From the human T2T-CHM13v2.0 reference genome, Homo sapiens, in the NCBI RefSeq assembly GCF_009914755.1, contig NC_060927.1: 64,000 bases of DNA; one strand, given 5' to 3'. This document shows, piece after piece, positions 37,191 through 51,789 of the stretch. The translations under genes and the position numbers were made by a program. The first letter of the stretch is position 1; the number at the start of each line of letters is the position of its first letter. The notes under the pieces are model-generated. The model was not told the origin of the DNA. It saw only the letters and a list, made by a program, of their open reading frames with translations, and made no database searches.

Positions 37191-37879
37191 TCTGCATTCC
37201 CGCCTGACTGGGCATTTTACCTTTCACTCAACACATTCCCATCGGGCACCCACCCAGGCCAGGCGCGGTGCTCCCAGTGACGGAAATGGCCAGGATGAAC
37301 GAGCTCTGCCCTCCTGGGCCCTCCTGGGCCCTCCTGTCCTGTGGGCAGCAGGCAAGAAACCAGGCAGCCTGGGGACACGCGGGACCATCTGGCTGTTGGC
37401 AAGGGCTCCAAGGGCATGAATTAGGGCAATGCTAACAGGGTGACTGGGGCGGGCCTTGCTGAGGTGAGTTTGAACCGAGATTAAGGCAGAGGGGCCATCC
37501 CATCCAAGATCCGGGGGAAGGGTTTCCAGGCGGGGGCCCAGCAGGTGCCAAGGCCCCGAGGTAGGTGAATCGTGTTATTATGCTGTGACTCAGCGACTTT
37601 TTGGATGAATGCTGAGTTCCAGGGACCTGCTAGAAACCTTACAGTCATCCCCTGTTCAATCCTCACAGCAGTCCTACGCAGGAGGGGCTACTGTCGCCCC
37701 CAGCTTACAGCAGAGCCACTCAGGTTCAGAGAGGTTGTCACCTGTCTCGCTGCACAGGCCACGCGGGGCAGAGCCAGCACTTGAACCCGGCGGGACTCAT
37801 GGAAGTGCGCTGAACACCTGGATTCCCACCTCAGCTCGAATCCCTGCCTGCAGTCCTGCTGTGTGGCCCTGGGCAGGTC

Positions 37880-38495
37880 ACAGGTCCTCTCTGAGCTTCC
37901 GCTTTCCCGTCTGTAAAACCGGGCTGGCGCTGCTGGCCTCGCAGCCCGCCGTAAGCATCCTGTGGGATGAGGTGTGAAAATGTCCTGGAACGGTGGGGCC
38001 CTTGCACGGTGGGGTGGGCACGCACCCATTCCGCCCCGAAGGGCCGTAGCCAGCCAGGCCCCCTCCTCGGCCCGCCGCGGGACTGCGCTGCCGCCAGGCG
38101 CCGACAGAGGGCAGGAGCGGCCCGCGCCCAGCGGCCGAGAGCGCACGGCAGGGCTGGCAGGGGCGGCCCCGGCGAGGCGCAGCGCGGGCGGGAGCCCGAA
38201 TGTGGTCTCAGGACTGCGGCAAACACCTGTCGGACTGTCTGGGACGCACGACCTAGGGACACGGACCCAGTGCACGGTGTGGGGGAGGAGGTTAGCGAGG
38301 GATCCTGGGCCCACCCGTCTCCGGGCTACCCCACCCCTACCCCGCCAGTCCCCGCCATCCAGCGAGGTGCCCCGGGAGTCTCTCCGGGAGAGCGCTGGCC
38401 CCGGGTCTGCGAAGAGCCGGCCTGGGGGGCAGGGCCTTAGGCTCAAAGGCCGCCACGTCCCCACGTGGCTCTGAGCACCGGTGATGTGGCCGTCC
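37880..38495. promoter_or_regulatory. Orphan CpG island
   Basis: About 600 bp of dense CpG and very high GC, with no recognisable coding exon. Confidence 0.75.
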
Positions 38496-38584
38496 AAGAT
38501 GAGATATACCCAGGGCCCAGTACACCCCAGCTTCCAAAGGCCTTCTGTGACAAAGAGAGACTAAACAATCACACTTATCACCTT

Positions 38585-38735
38585 TTGTATTGAGCTGAAA
38601 TAGTAATATTTTGGATCTACTGGGTTAAATAAAATATGAAAATTAATTTCATTTTTTCTTTTTAAAATTGTGGCTAAGATATAAAATTAGGTAGATGGCT
38701 CTCACCTGCCGCTTGTGTTCTGTCTCTACAGGACA
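38585..38735. mobile_element. MER3/MER33-like hAT DNA transposon remnant
   Basis: tgaaatagtaatattttggatctactgggttaaataaaatat...gtggcta. Confidence 0.65.
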
Positions 38736-39419
38736 GGCCTAAGTTGGATGTCTGTGTTATCCCATGTAATCCCGTCCAACTCTCCCAGTGAGGCGTTTAC
38801 TGTTATTACCTATCCCATTCTACAAACGGGGAAGCTGAGGCGCTGAGCAGTGATGTGACTTGCTCAGGGTGGGTTATGGGCACACACCCAGCAGTGCCCA
38901 CCCCATGCCCATGTGTACCACACACAAATATTCATAACACATGCAGGGGCCCAGACTGTCAGTGCCAGAGTCCACGGGTAAGATGGAGAGACCCTGAACA
39001 CAAACACGCTGCCAGCCTCCCAGCTCATACACAAGCGTCACCTGTGCACACCCAGTCTTGTGACAGCGTCAGGAGCACACACATCCACACTGCTGTTCCC
39101 AGACCCCCTGCTCACGCCCATGCACACACACCTACAGGTGTGCTGGTCTTCGAGGCAGGCAGTGTGGCCAGCCTCCCTCATGGCCCACAGTGCCATCCAG
39201 AAGACTGTATGGGGCCCTGCTGCTGACTGGCTGGTGGGCTCGAGACCCGCCAGACAGTCAGGCCCCTACTCACCTAGGGCTTGGAAAGGGGGCCCTGGCT
39301 GAGACTCCATCTGTGTCTGGGGGAGCCAGACCCGAGGGGAGTGAGTGGGCCTACGCGGAGCTCCTGCCCTCCCTGCGCCTGCCTGCCACCCTTCTGTTGA
39401 GGGCCCTTCCTCCTGGCTG

Positions 39420-39650
39420 CAGCCATTTGCATAAAGCTCCCAAGCCCAAGGATCACATTACATGGAGGCCTGATGATAATCTTTGTTGAAATAATATTTA
39501 ACACATGCTGCACTTTTAATTAACTATCTGAATAATCTCAAATTAATACCAGAGCTTTAAAAATAAGTTTTCATTTTCGCGTTTGGTAACATAATAGCGG
39601 CCCGGCTGGCCCGTTTCCCCCTTCTTTGATTTAATTAAAAGCCCTTTTGT
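39420..39650. promoter_or_regulatory. Candidate developmental enhancer
   Basis: ATTTGCAT 39425, TGATAA 39474, CTTTGTT 39481, TTAATTAA 39516 and 39631, CTTTGAT 39624. Confidence 0.5.
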
Positions 39651-42629
39651 GTGTCTCTTGTCACTTCAGAAATGGACAAAAGCCCCCATGTGGGCCAGCC
39701 AGGGCTCCTGCTCGGGGTCCAGGTCTGAGGCCAGGGCCAGGGTCAGGGGTACTTAGGGGCCCTGAGGGCAGGTCCTCCACTGAAGCTCCCAGCCTGGCTC
39801 TGGCAGTGCCACTGAGGGAGGCCACACATCACACACACTTTTGCCCAGGGACACTGGGGCACGGTCACAGAGGCCAGCAGGCTGCCTCCCATGCATACAG
39901 ACACACGCTAGAGGCAGGTGGCAATCTCCGTCCCTCGTCCATAACACACACCGGCCAGGCTCTGCAAACATGCCCACCAGACCCATGAGCCTCACGTACC
40001 TTCACGCATGCATGTGCACACACACAAAGTCACAGTCACATATACACCATTTGGGAATTGACAACCAGAGCCATTCTGGGCTTGGCATTAACAATTGGCA
40101 TTCTAAGTCCAGATCCAAGAAACCTGGGGAGCTGCCTGGCCCCGGTGCATGACCCCTGCCCCAGAGTGTGTGATGTGTGTGTCTGTTGCTTCTCTCTCTC
40201 CCTGTCCTAACCTGTTGGTTCTGTCTCTGCACCTCTGTCGCAGGCTCAGGACCCCGAGGCCCGCCAGGTGGGCAGCCTCCTGGGGCTGGGTGTGTTTCCC
40301 CACTAAGTCTGCTTTCACTCGCAGGTTTCCTCCTGGACCTGAGGAGCAGGCAGGGGTCCTGGGGGCTTCTGCCTTGCCCCTGCCCTGGCAAGCCAAGCCC
40401 TCTTCTGAACCCGAGATAGACCAAGGGAAGCTTCCCCAGGCAAGCAGCCCCAGCCAGTCCAGCAGGGAAACTGAGTCCCTACGGAGGCTTAGTTTTCTCC
40501 AACAGGTCCAGGTTGCCAGGTGTCTCTCCACTTGGGGGGCCTGAGGCCTTGGGGAACTGTGTGGGAGGGGGTACAAGCCAGACCCACCACAGAGCCTGGA
40601 GTCTTGGCAGGGAAAAGTGGAGGTCCCTGGGAGGGTCTGTGCTTCCCGCTGAGGTCCTTGGAAAGCTGGGGGAGGGAGCTGTCGATTCCCCCAGCGACAG
40701 GGGCCAGCAGTGAGGCCGACCTGGCCAGGGGTGGAAGCAGCCACCACCTCCAGCTGACTCGTTCCATCGACAAACCCCAGGGAACTGGGTCTGTGCTGGA
40801 TGAACATATTGGGCCCTGTGTCCTCGTGATATGGGTGGTGAAGGGGTCCCTGCCCTCATCTCACAGCCAGATGGGTGCAGAACATAGTGCTACTGGGAGG
40901 AGGCTGGGCAGACAGTGAGGGCACGCGGTGGAGGCAGGGTGAGCGGGGAGGCCACACGCAGGACGCTGTATCTGACACATCGTCAGAAGAGGGGCTCCCA
41001 GGGCTGCAATAAGCAAGGCAGCCTCCTGCCCCCATCCCGGGCCCTGGGACCCAGAGCATGACCAGCAGAGCAGGTCCTGAGAACAGATGGCCCGGGGTGC
41101 AGTGGCCTCCCGAAACCCTGTCAACCGGCCCCTTCTGGCTCAGACTGCCCAGCCAGCCCGGGTCAGCTGGGGCCCAGTGCACTCCCCACCTGAGGGCTGC
41201 CTGAAGAGCCAGGCGAGCGTGTTCCCACCCAGCCCACCCAGCTGCCGAGGACTGGCTGGACCACTCGGGTACCTGGCCCTGACCTCGTCCAGTGTCTCAC
41301 CCACAACCACACCATCACCATCACACACCGGGACACAGAGTTACGGACAAGCCGTGACACAGAGCCAATGCCCGGGCAGCAGCCATCCCCAACCACAGGC
41401 TCACACAACACACGTGATCCTATGTGTGGGCACTCACACACAGTCACAAGTAGCCACATGCACACACACAATCCACATGGTCACACCCTCACCCAAGACC
41501 ATACACATGAGTGTGCACACAGGGCCGCCACCAGCCGGCTGGTACAGACCCCAGGCCCTTGGCTGCTGGTGCCCCTGTGCAGGAGTGATGTCATGGGGAG
41601 GCCTTCCACCTGGGCAGCCAGAGGGGAGGCCAGACCGTGTCCTGTGTGCTGAGTGCCCGCTGGGCACTGGCGCTGGGGGTGTGCACAGGAGCTCTCACAG
41701 TAAGTCTCAAGCAGGGGCAGTGTTCCCGCTGTATAGAAGGGGAAACTGGCTCAGAGAGGTGAGATAAATTGATCAAGTCACACAGCAAGAAACAGAAGGA
41801 GCTGGGCCTGGAATCAGCCTGCACACTGCCAGTTCACACAGCTATCTCCTTCTGAAACCTGGGGGACGTTCTGGGCAAGTAGGGGGCAGGGCTGCCCCTG
41901 CAACACCAGGAAGGTGACCCTCATGTGGCCCAGCTCAGCTGACCCGGAAGACTCAGAGCCCCAGATCTGCAGCGAGAGCTGGGCACTGGAGTGGGGGATA
42001 GGGTTGCCCATGCCTCTCAAGGTTGTCACAGAGCCTGAGGCCCTGGCTGGGAACACAGAAGCCACCACAGCTTGAATCCCCGGCAAGAGATCTGTGTGTG
42101 ACCCAGCCCCAGCTCGCACAGAAGCCTGCTGTGCACAGAGGACAGTGCTCCAGGCATGGGAAGTGCTCACAACAGCGGCTGCCACCCGCAAGTTCTTCAT
42201 TCATTCATCGGCTCATTCATTCCGTCAATCAACAAGCCTGCAGCCTGGTGTGGGCACAGGTGCTGCCCTGGACGGGAGCAATGGGCTGAACTGGCTCCTG
42301 CCGACTGGAGCTGCCATCCTCCTTAGGGAGACAGACAGTGTGCAGGCACCAAATACACTCGTAAAGTGACTTCAGATCATGATCCTTAGCCAAAGTGGGC
42401 ACGGAGGGCTTCCGGAGGGGCTAAGCCTTGAGTGACAAGAAGGGGACAGCCAGGCCAAGAACGGTGGAAAGAGGATTCCAGGCGGAGGGAACAGCAAGAG
42501 CAGAGGCACAGAATGCTCACGCTCACGGGAGGGAGGCCTGGGGCAGGGGCAGGAGCAGTGGGGTGGAGACTGGGCATGAAGGCAGTCCATGCCAGTCCTG
42601 AGGAGCAGTGCCACTCAGCCCCTGCCAGT

Positions 42630-43140
42630 GGCTGCCTTGTGGGATTGGGGACACGGTGTGGCCAGAGGTTCCGATTTTGCAAGGAAAGCTGGAGGTCTGG
42701 AATTTTGCATAAAGCATCCTGATTTTTTTGTTTTGTTGTGTTTTAGAAATGAAGTCTCAATCTGTTGCCCAGGCTGGAGTACAGTGGTGCAATCTTAGCT
42801 CAGTGCAGCCTCAAACTCCTGGGCCCAAGTGATCCTCCTGCCTCAGCCTCCCAAATAGCTGAGATTACAGACATGTACCATCATGCCAGTCTTATATTTA
42901 TTTCTTGTAGAGGTGGGGGTGGGGGACGTCTCATTATGTTGCCCAGGTTTCAAACTCCTGGCTTCAAGCAATCCTCCTGCCTCAGCCTCTCAAAGTGCTG
43001 GGATTGCAGGCGTAAGCCACCATGCCTGGCCTCCTGATTTTTAAATGGCCACAGTTTATTCAATTTTTTCTGAAACTGTTCGAGCCACACAAAACCTTTC
43101 TGAGAGCCAAAAACAGTGTGTGGGCCACTAGTTTGAGACC
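42630..43140. mobile_element. MER103C-like DNA transposon split by an AluJ
   Basis: gtggccagaggttccgattttgcaaggaaagctgga...tcctgattttt [Alu] tcctgatttttaaatg...ccactagtttgagacc. Confidence 0.55.
42723..43031 (-). mobile_element. AluJ
   Basis: Full antisense Alu with TSD tcctgattttt. Confidence 0.9.
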
Positions 43141-43309
43141 TTACTGGGAAGTGAGGTCCTGGATTCAAATCCGGCCTCCCACACTTTCTAGCCATGAGAC
43201 CCAGGCAAGTGACTTACTCTCTGTGCCTCAGCACTGTCATCTGTAGAATGGGGAGGAGGGTGTCTACCTTACAGAGGGCCTACCTTACAGGGTGCTGTGG
43301 AGGCGTAAA

Positions 43310-44300
43310 GGATTTAATTTACTCATTTATCCAGCACATATTTACTGAGCATCTACTGTGTTCCAGGGACCATGCTAGGTTTGGGGGTCACAACAGCCAA
43401 CAGGAGACAGTCTCTGCCCTGGTGCATCTTACAGTCAATGGGAAAGACAAAAAACAAAATGAGCAACGGGAATGAGTACCACGTGCAGAAATGCCAATAG
43501 GAAGAAGTGCCGAGGAGAAAAACTAGGGCAGACAGCAAGGCAAAAGGAGTTGAAGAAGGCATGCTGACATTTTAAACCAAGGAGGGCCTCACTGAGGAGG
43601 CGGCATTTCAGTAAAGGCCTGAAGGAAGCGCGGGAGTGAGGCACACAGATGTCCCGTGAAGTGTGTTCCAAGCAGAGGTAGCGGCCATGCAGAGGCCGGA
43701 GGCCTGGCCGCCCAAGGAGAAACCAAGGAGACTGGGGAGGCTGAGTGGAAAGACAGGCCAGAGATGGGGGAGGTGGCAGTCGTGAGATCAGGTGGTCCTG
43801 GAGCCCACTGCGGGGTGAGCTTTTCCTGTGAGTGAGGTGGGAGCCAAGGGAGAGTGTGGAGCAGAGGAGGGAGGATCTCTGACTTGGCTTTAACAGACCC
43901 TCCGGCTGCTGCAGGAGAATGGGCTGCAGCGGGATAGAGCCGCGTACAGGAGGGAGGGTGCTCACTGGTCCAGGTGAGCACGATGGCGGCGGGACCAGCG
44001 GCCGGAACTGGGAGGGGGAGACGCCTCTGGGGAGACGTCCAAGGTGGAGCCAGCGGAGAGAGAGGCGTGGAGGCCGGTGCCTGCGGGTTTGGCCTGGGCA
44101 GCGGGAGTGTGGAGGGACTGTTTCCTGGAGCGGGAAAGGCGAAGGGGCTGGTTGCGGTGAATGTGGGGCTGGGAAGGCCAGCTGGCTCCCTGGACATGCG
44201 GGAAAGTGAAGAGAGAGGCTCCCAGGAGAGGGTGGTCCGGGGACATGGCGTTGGGCACCCCTGCTGGCACTGGAGGAGGCACCAGGGAGAAAGTGTTGTT
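43310..44300 (-). mobile_element. L2 element running into the CpG island
   Basis: tcatttatccagcacatatttactgagcatctactgtgttccagg (L2 tail); gagggcctcactgagg; tctgacttggctttaacagaccctccggctgctg. Confidence 0.7.
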
Positions 44301-44950
44301 GGAGCTGAGGACAAATCAAGCAGCCCGCCCGGACGGTGGCCGCATTTGCTGAACATTTAGAATTCCAGGAAAGGGCCGGGGGCCTGGAGGAGGACCCAGG
44401 TGATCCCCAGGCCAGGTTTCGGGGACTGCGGCCCCCCGAGGGGGTCTCAGCTTCTGGGCGCTGGGGTTGGGCAGCCGGGAGGCCGCCCCTCCCCCATCGC
44501 CCTCTCCCGGAGCGTCCGCCCCCTCCCCCGCGCCACCTGCGGGGTCGGTCAGATCCGGGCCTTTGTCCCGCGCCCCAGCCCCGCCGCCCCGCCTGGCTCC
44601 CCCCCGAGCAAACACAGCTGAGCGCCCGGGCTCGCGTGCCGCCCCCGCCCCCCAAATCTCCGGGCCGCGGGGTGGAGGCTTAGCAGGGCAGCTGCGGGCC
44701 TGCGGGCGGGCGGAGCTCGGGGCGCCCCTCTCCCGCTCGCACCGCCGGGGCGCGCCTTTGTCATGCAGATGGCCCGCTGGCGGCCGGCCTCGCCCGGCGG
44801 CGCTCGGGCAGCTGACCTGGGGGGTGGGGGACAACTCCGCTCCCACATCATGCCGAGGCTCCCGTGAAGACCGCGTCGTCCTTGCCCTGGGACCCGCTCC
44901 TCCCTCCCCCCGGCGCCAGGTGACCCACTCCAGTCGCTGGGCGTCCCTGG
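43900..44950. promoter_or_regulatory. Orphan CpG island with GC boxes and a reverse CTCF-like motif
   Basis: Dense CpG, CCCCGCCC boxes, and gcgccacctgcggg at 44530-44543 (reverse complement CCCGCAGGTGGCGC). Confidence 0.8.
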
Positions 44951-46021
44951 CCTGTGTTCTTGCTCGCACTCCCTGCAAAGGAACCTGCTGTCCACACACC
45001 TGGAGCCCTGGAGCAGGGGCTGGGATTTGCCGCTGCCAAGGGTGTGGGGCACATGTGGGGGGCAGCCCCATCCCTCCCAACTGGTCCTAGGCCAGCCAGA
45101 CCTCTGTACCCACTGTGGGTGGCTGGGACCCAATCGCTGCCCATTCCTGCCTCAGTCTTCCCATCTGTACTATGAGCGCTGCTCCAGGGCAGAGAGGACT
45201 GGTGGGCTTAGGAGGAGGCAGGAGCCAGGTTTGTCCCACCGGCCTTGCAGCCACCTGGTGTGGTGGCCTTGGGATGATACGTCTGGCCTCACATGCAGCG
45301 ATGTGGCCTGGGGATGTGGATGCCCGCAGCTCAGGGCCCTCGTGGGCAATGACACTCATGCTTAGGATGCCAGGATCCCCACCCTCCCAGACCTACCCCT
45401 CTCCCACCCATCCTGACCCAACCCTAAGGTCCTGTCTCCTCCTAGGTAACTGGGGTGGGGCTTGACTGGGGCACACGCCCACTTTCTCCAGAGCAAAAGA
45501 TTCTCCAAAACAGGGGTGACCAAATGGAAAGTTATTTACTGCCTAGTGTCAGGAGTCAGGCCTGGGGCAAGACCTGGGAGGAGAAACATTCCTGCAGCTG
45601 GAATCAGGCCGGAGGAGCTGGTGTCCCCTGCCAGGGTCAGCTGCTAGTATCATCCCAGGAGCACCCTCTCTCTTTATTTTGCAGGTGAGTAGCCTGAGGC
45701 CAGAGAGCAGTAGGAACCTGTGGCCTCCCAACCCTTGTCTTCTCCTGCAAAGAACAGAGGATTGGGATTCACGCCAGAAGGTACAGAAATGGCCAACACA
45801 GACGAGATGCCTCAAGTCTAGGTTATGCGCATGGAATCACATGGTATCATTCCTCATTTCTGGAGTAAAAGGCAAGAATACTGACAACAAGCAGTGCCGG
45901 GCAGCTGTGGGACAGGTGGAGCCCCCATGGACCCTGCTTCTGGCGTGCAGTTTGTCAATATGACACTCAAAATTCTGCGGAAGCTTTGATCCAGTGACTT
46001 ACCTCGAATAATTTATCTTCA

Positions 46022-46243
46022 TTTTTTAAAATTTATTTATTTATTGAGACAGGGTCTCGCTCTGCCACCCAGGCTGGAGTGCAGTAGCACGATCGCAGCT
46101 CACTGCAGCCTTGACCTCCGGACTCAAGCAATCCTCCTGCCTCAGCATCCCTCAAATAGTGCAACCACAGGTGTGCACCAACACACCCAGCTACTTTTTA
46201 AATTTTTTTGGAAAGATGGGGTCTCACTATGTTGCCCAGGCTG
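46022..46243 (-). mobile_element. Truncated AluJ
   Basis: tgagacagggtctcgctctg...ctcactatgttgcccaggctg. Confidence 0.88.
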
Positions 46244-46339
46244 AATTTATCTTTAAAGGGCACGAATAAGATGAGTGGACAAAGAAGACCCAGTTATGTC
46301 ATGGGGAAACCTGGAAGCCACCCCAAGAGCACAGCTTTG

Positions 46340-46520
46340 CAAGTGGATGAGAGTTCCAATCTCAGCCCAGCTGTGTGATTCTGGGCAACTGTCCTAACCT
46401 CTCTGAACTTCAGTTTCCTCATCTGTAAGGTGGGAATAATGGCAATACCCAACCCCTCCAGGGCCGTCTGAGGAAGACATAAGACTACATGGGTAGAATG
46501 CTTACCTTTAGGCACACAAG
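46340..46520 (+). mobile_element. MIR
   Basis: tgtgtgattctgggcaactgtcctaacctctctgaacttcagtttcctcatctgtaaggtgggaataat. Confidence 0.75.
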
Positions 46521-47689
46521 AGACAATTTATATAAAGGAAAAAGTTGGTGGTCCCATATGATGGATTATTAAACAGCTTTACAAATAAAGAAGAGCCTCT
46601 CTGGGCCTCAGTTTCCCTCTTGAACAAAGAAAAATTGGTCCTGGGAGCTCACTGCGTGGCTCCTCGACTCTCTGCAGCGATCCCTCCCTTCCTGGCCCTG
46701 GCTGTGACTCCCTGGCAGCTGAGCAACTGGGTAGGAGAGGGACATGGCTCAGTCTGTCTGTTGGGCCATGCGTCATTCTCAGCTTAGACCCAGCCTTGCC
46801 TGTCACAGGAGAGGGCGGGGGAGGGGAGGAGAGCCCAGAGGCCCAACTCCTCTACCCCTGGGCCCTGCCCCTCTGGCTCAGCCAGCAGGAAAGGCCAGTG
46901 GAAGGTGGGGGGCTTGTCTCACTGCCCTCTCCCCCAGGGAGGGGCATTTGTGGCCAGATCCAGTTTCTGGCAGGACTGGTTAGTCCAGGTGGCCTGGATG
47001 GATGGCCGAGATAAGGTCTGTGCAGATTGGCCAGGCTGGGCAGGAGACCCAAGCGGGACAAAGACAGGATAGCCCTGGCCCAGCCTGATTCACAGGTGGG
47101 GTTAGGAGCTGCCCCTGTCTTGTCCCAGCCTCTGTCACCAGATTTTGGGGGCCAGGCACCCAGGTATCCTCTAGGAACCTCCCGTCACTGCCTGCGGTGA
47201 GGTGGCACAGAAAGAGGTGATCCTGGGGAGAGGTGTTACAGGTCCAAGGTGGCCCAGCACTTGAGGGGGTGCTGCAAGGAAGAGTTTTTACCAGCCCCTG
47301 ATGAGGCTCTAAAGCCCAGAGACAGCATGACCTGGGGCTGCCTGGGTGTGAGGTTGTTGAGGATTCTGGGTTGCAGGTAGGCACCGTCTTGGTTTCTCTG
47401 TCTCTGTCTGACATTCCAGACGCTCCCAGGGCCTGGCTGGGCCAGCTTCCCTCATGGGCTTGGTTCTCACAGACCCAGTCACAAAAACCATGCTGCCAGC
47501 ACTTAGTACAGCCTCAGGCCTATACCACCTCCGTCCCTCATCAGTGGGGTGCCCTCTGCCTGGTGGTTCCTGCCAGCCTCAGGCCAGGGGTTCAGAGAGC
47601 AAGTCTCTCTCATAGGTGCTATAGCCCCAGGGACCCAGGGCAGAGCACAACTCAGCCTCCCAGGCTGCCAGCAATTCACTTACTATACT

Positions 47690-48110
47690 GAACATTCTGT
47701 TTCCTCCTCCACGACCACAGCCATCCCTCTCCATGCCCTGTGTGCTCTGCTGCCACGGTCCCCTTGCCCTTGCCTCTGGTCTGGTTCACCAATGGGGACA
47801 CCAGCTGAAGACTGGAAGGGTGGAAGGAGAGAGTGGCCAGAACTACTCATCCAGCATCTCCTGGGTTGAGGCTGGCCATGTCCTGACTAAGAGCCACAGT
47901 CCCCACTGTGGTGGGAGGGTGGCCCTCTCCTGGGCTGCAGCTTGGGAGAGCTCCAGTAACAGCCCTGCTCCCACTCCCTAGAGGCAGGAATGGTGGCTTC
48001 CTGCTCTCTGTACTGTCACCATCCCTTAAGCAGCATCTGTAAGTGGCCAGCTCATTAAGCCCTTTCCCCTAGTTTGCAGACTACGTCTCCTGCCAGGATC
48101 GGATCAGTAA
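47690..48110. mobile_element. LTR33-like ERV-L solo LTR remnant
   Basis: taacagccctgctcccac...tggtggcttcctgct...tctgtaagtggccagctcattaa...ctcctgccagga; family assigned by resemblance only. Confidence 0.4.
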
Positions 48111-48182
48111 ACCTCAGGACTCTCACAGCCCTACAGGGCAGCTGGAGCCATCCCATTTACAGATGAAGAAACTGACTCAGAA

Positions 48183-49775
<1,593 letters not shown>

Positions 49776-50765
49776 AACTGAAGCTCACAGAGAACTCGCT
49801 TCCCCACGGGGCCTTCCTTTATGGGACCCAAGAGCTGAACCACAAATGACCTCCCCCAAAAGCCTGGCATTTGGGCCACCATGGGGCCTGCTGCAGGCCT
49901 CTGGCCCAGCCCTGGGCCCAGCTCAGAGTTCAGGTGCCCCCTCAGTGCCCAGGGGCATCCAGGTTCCCCCAGCTGCAGCCCAGCCTGACCCCAGTGCTGA
50001 CTTCCATGCAAGGAAAGGCAGCCCATTCTCTGTCATCTGCAGGGAGACACCCCCTGCCAGGGGACAGGCTCCAGGCCCCATCCCAGGAGCCAGCTTATCC
50101 TCTCTGCTGCCATCCTTCCCATCCTGTGAACTGCTCCTTGTCATTTCCATTCTTCAGGTGGGGAAACTGAGGCACAGATCAGAGCTCGGGAGCAGTGGTT
50201 CTGGACTGAAACTTGGGCCCTTCCTAACTGGATCTGCTGTTCCACCCTGAAGAAAGCCCCTCAGCCTCAGGACCCATGGAAGTATTGGGGAAGGTGTGGT
50301 AGGGAGTCTAGAGCCCCCTAGAGGCTAAGAGGATTGCAGCCGTGTGCCTGGAGCACTGCAGGCGGTTGGGGAGCAGGTGTCTCCACATCTGGGCTCTGGC
50401 CTCCAGAATGGGCATGAGGCCTCTGTGGGGCAGGAGGAGACCGGAGGCTTGCCCTTGGCCCTGCCTCCTCACTTCAGCCTCAGGTCACACCTCCAGCAGG
50501 GGCAGCGGCAGGTGGGTGCCTCCAATCCACATAGGGGCTCTCGCTCCCCTGCCCCAGGGCTGCTCCAATATTTGGGCCAGGGATAGAAGACAGCCAGCAA
50601 TGGCCAGCCTTCAGTTCTTTTCCTATAGATGCCTCTCCCCTTCACCAAGGGAGGAGCCCCCCTCTACCCCCAGCTAGGGATGCCGGTGGAAGGAGCTCTT
50701 AGCTCCCCTCGTCACCATCTCCCTTCATTCTCAGCACAGACCTTGGGAAAGGCAACCCAAGGCTC

Positions 50766-51255
50766 ACCTTAGCCTGAGCTCCCCCTGAAAGGACTGCCTG
50801 GAAGAAAGGAGTCTGTGTGCAGGAAGTTTTGGTGGGAAGCAATGCCAGGGGATAGGAGTGAGTGAGCCACAGGGGAGCCAGGCAGGGAAGGAGGAAAAGC
50901 AGCAGGAGGCACTGCCAACCCGGCCACCTCTGTGGGGTTCTGTGCTCCACCCCAAGGGGCCATCTGTGGAAACCTGTGGGAGGTGCTGAATGCTGTCTGG
51001 CCCAGGGATGGCAGAGGGGCACACAGCCATAGGCTCCCATCCATCCACTGGGCCACCCAGTGACCTCGTGCTTCTGGATTGCACTGTGTGAGTGCCAAGC
51101 AGTTCCCACAGGCAGTCCTCACAGCATGCCAGCTCTGGCAAGAAGTGAGTTGCAAAGCTGTGCAAAGACCACATGGAAGAGACCATGACAGCACCGTGGC
51201 TGGGACAAGCAGGAGGTCAAGAGGATGTGAAGTGGGCACAGAGGTGTCTGATGCA
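50766..51255 (-). mobile_element. LTR16-like LTR (probable 3' LTR of the ERV-L provirus)
   Basis: The reverse complement begins tgcatcagacac immediately after gtggac (ERV-L polypurine-tract end) and ends ...gggggagctcaggctaagg. Confidence 0.55.
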
Positions 51256-51277
51256 GTCCACGGTTAAAAATAATGGA

Positions 51278-51780
51278 TGTGAAACAGAAAATCTGAAGTA
51301 TAGCAAGGCCAACAGACCATGCAACGACTGCCGCTGAAAAGATAGTTTATTACTCACAGTTCCTTAGAGGAGGGGGCTGCCCGGGAGGCACTGGGTGGGT
51401 CAGGAGGCAGAGGGAGAGAGGACCAGAAGGCAGGAGCCTCCATCATGGAATTAACGGTGAGGTGGGTAAGCAGGTGTAGGGCTGATTTGTTTGAATAATT
51501 TCGGGGCTCTGGGGCGCAGGGCTGCCCCTGGTTGTCTGGTCCTGGCCCTTGCGGGGATAGGGCAGAGGGATGGTGGTCTGGAGTGTGAGATTCCAAAAAA
51601 GAAGGTAGCTGGGGTGTGGACATTGGGTTGGGTGGTTTTGCATTTGAAAGGTGAGCTCAGAGCGAGTCATGTCATCACCATAGATTGGCCGACCATGAGA
51701 GAGGTGGTCCCTCCAGGCTCAGCAAGGCCCCAGGTGTCAAAGCATCGAAACACAGACACTGAAAGAGGTAGTTGCTGAAG
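51278..51780 (-). mobile_element. MER54/MER74-like solo LTR
   Basis: tgtgaaacagaaa...aaggccaacagacc...gaaaagatagtttattactcacagttcc. Confidence 0.55.
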
Positions 51781-51789
51781 GTCACCCGC

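Noticed and set aside
37620-37975. Head-to-head MIR pair as a miRNA-like hairpin
   Set aside because: The arms are too diverged to pair over a pre-miRNA length by eye.
43435-45133. Overlapping 200-406 aa ORFs
   Set aside because: Pro/Gly/Arg/Ala-rich frames on both strands of a CpG island and L2, as expected from stop-codon scarcity.
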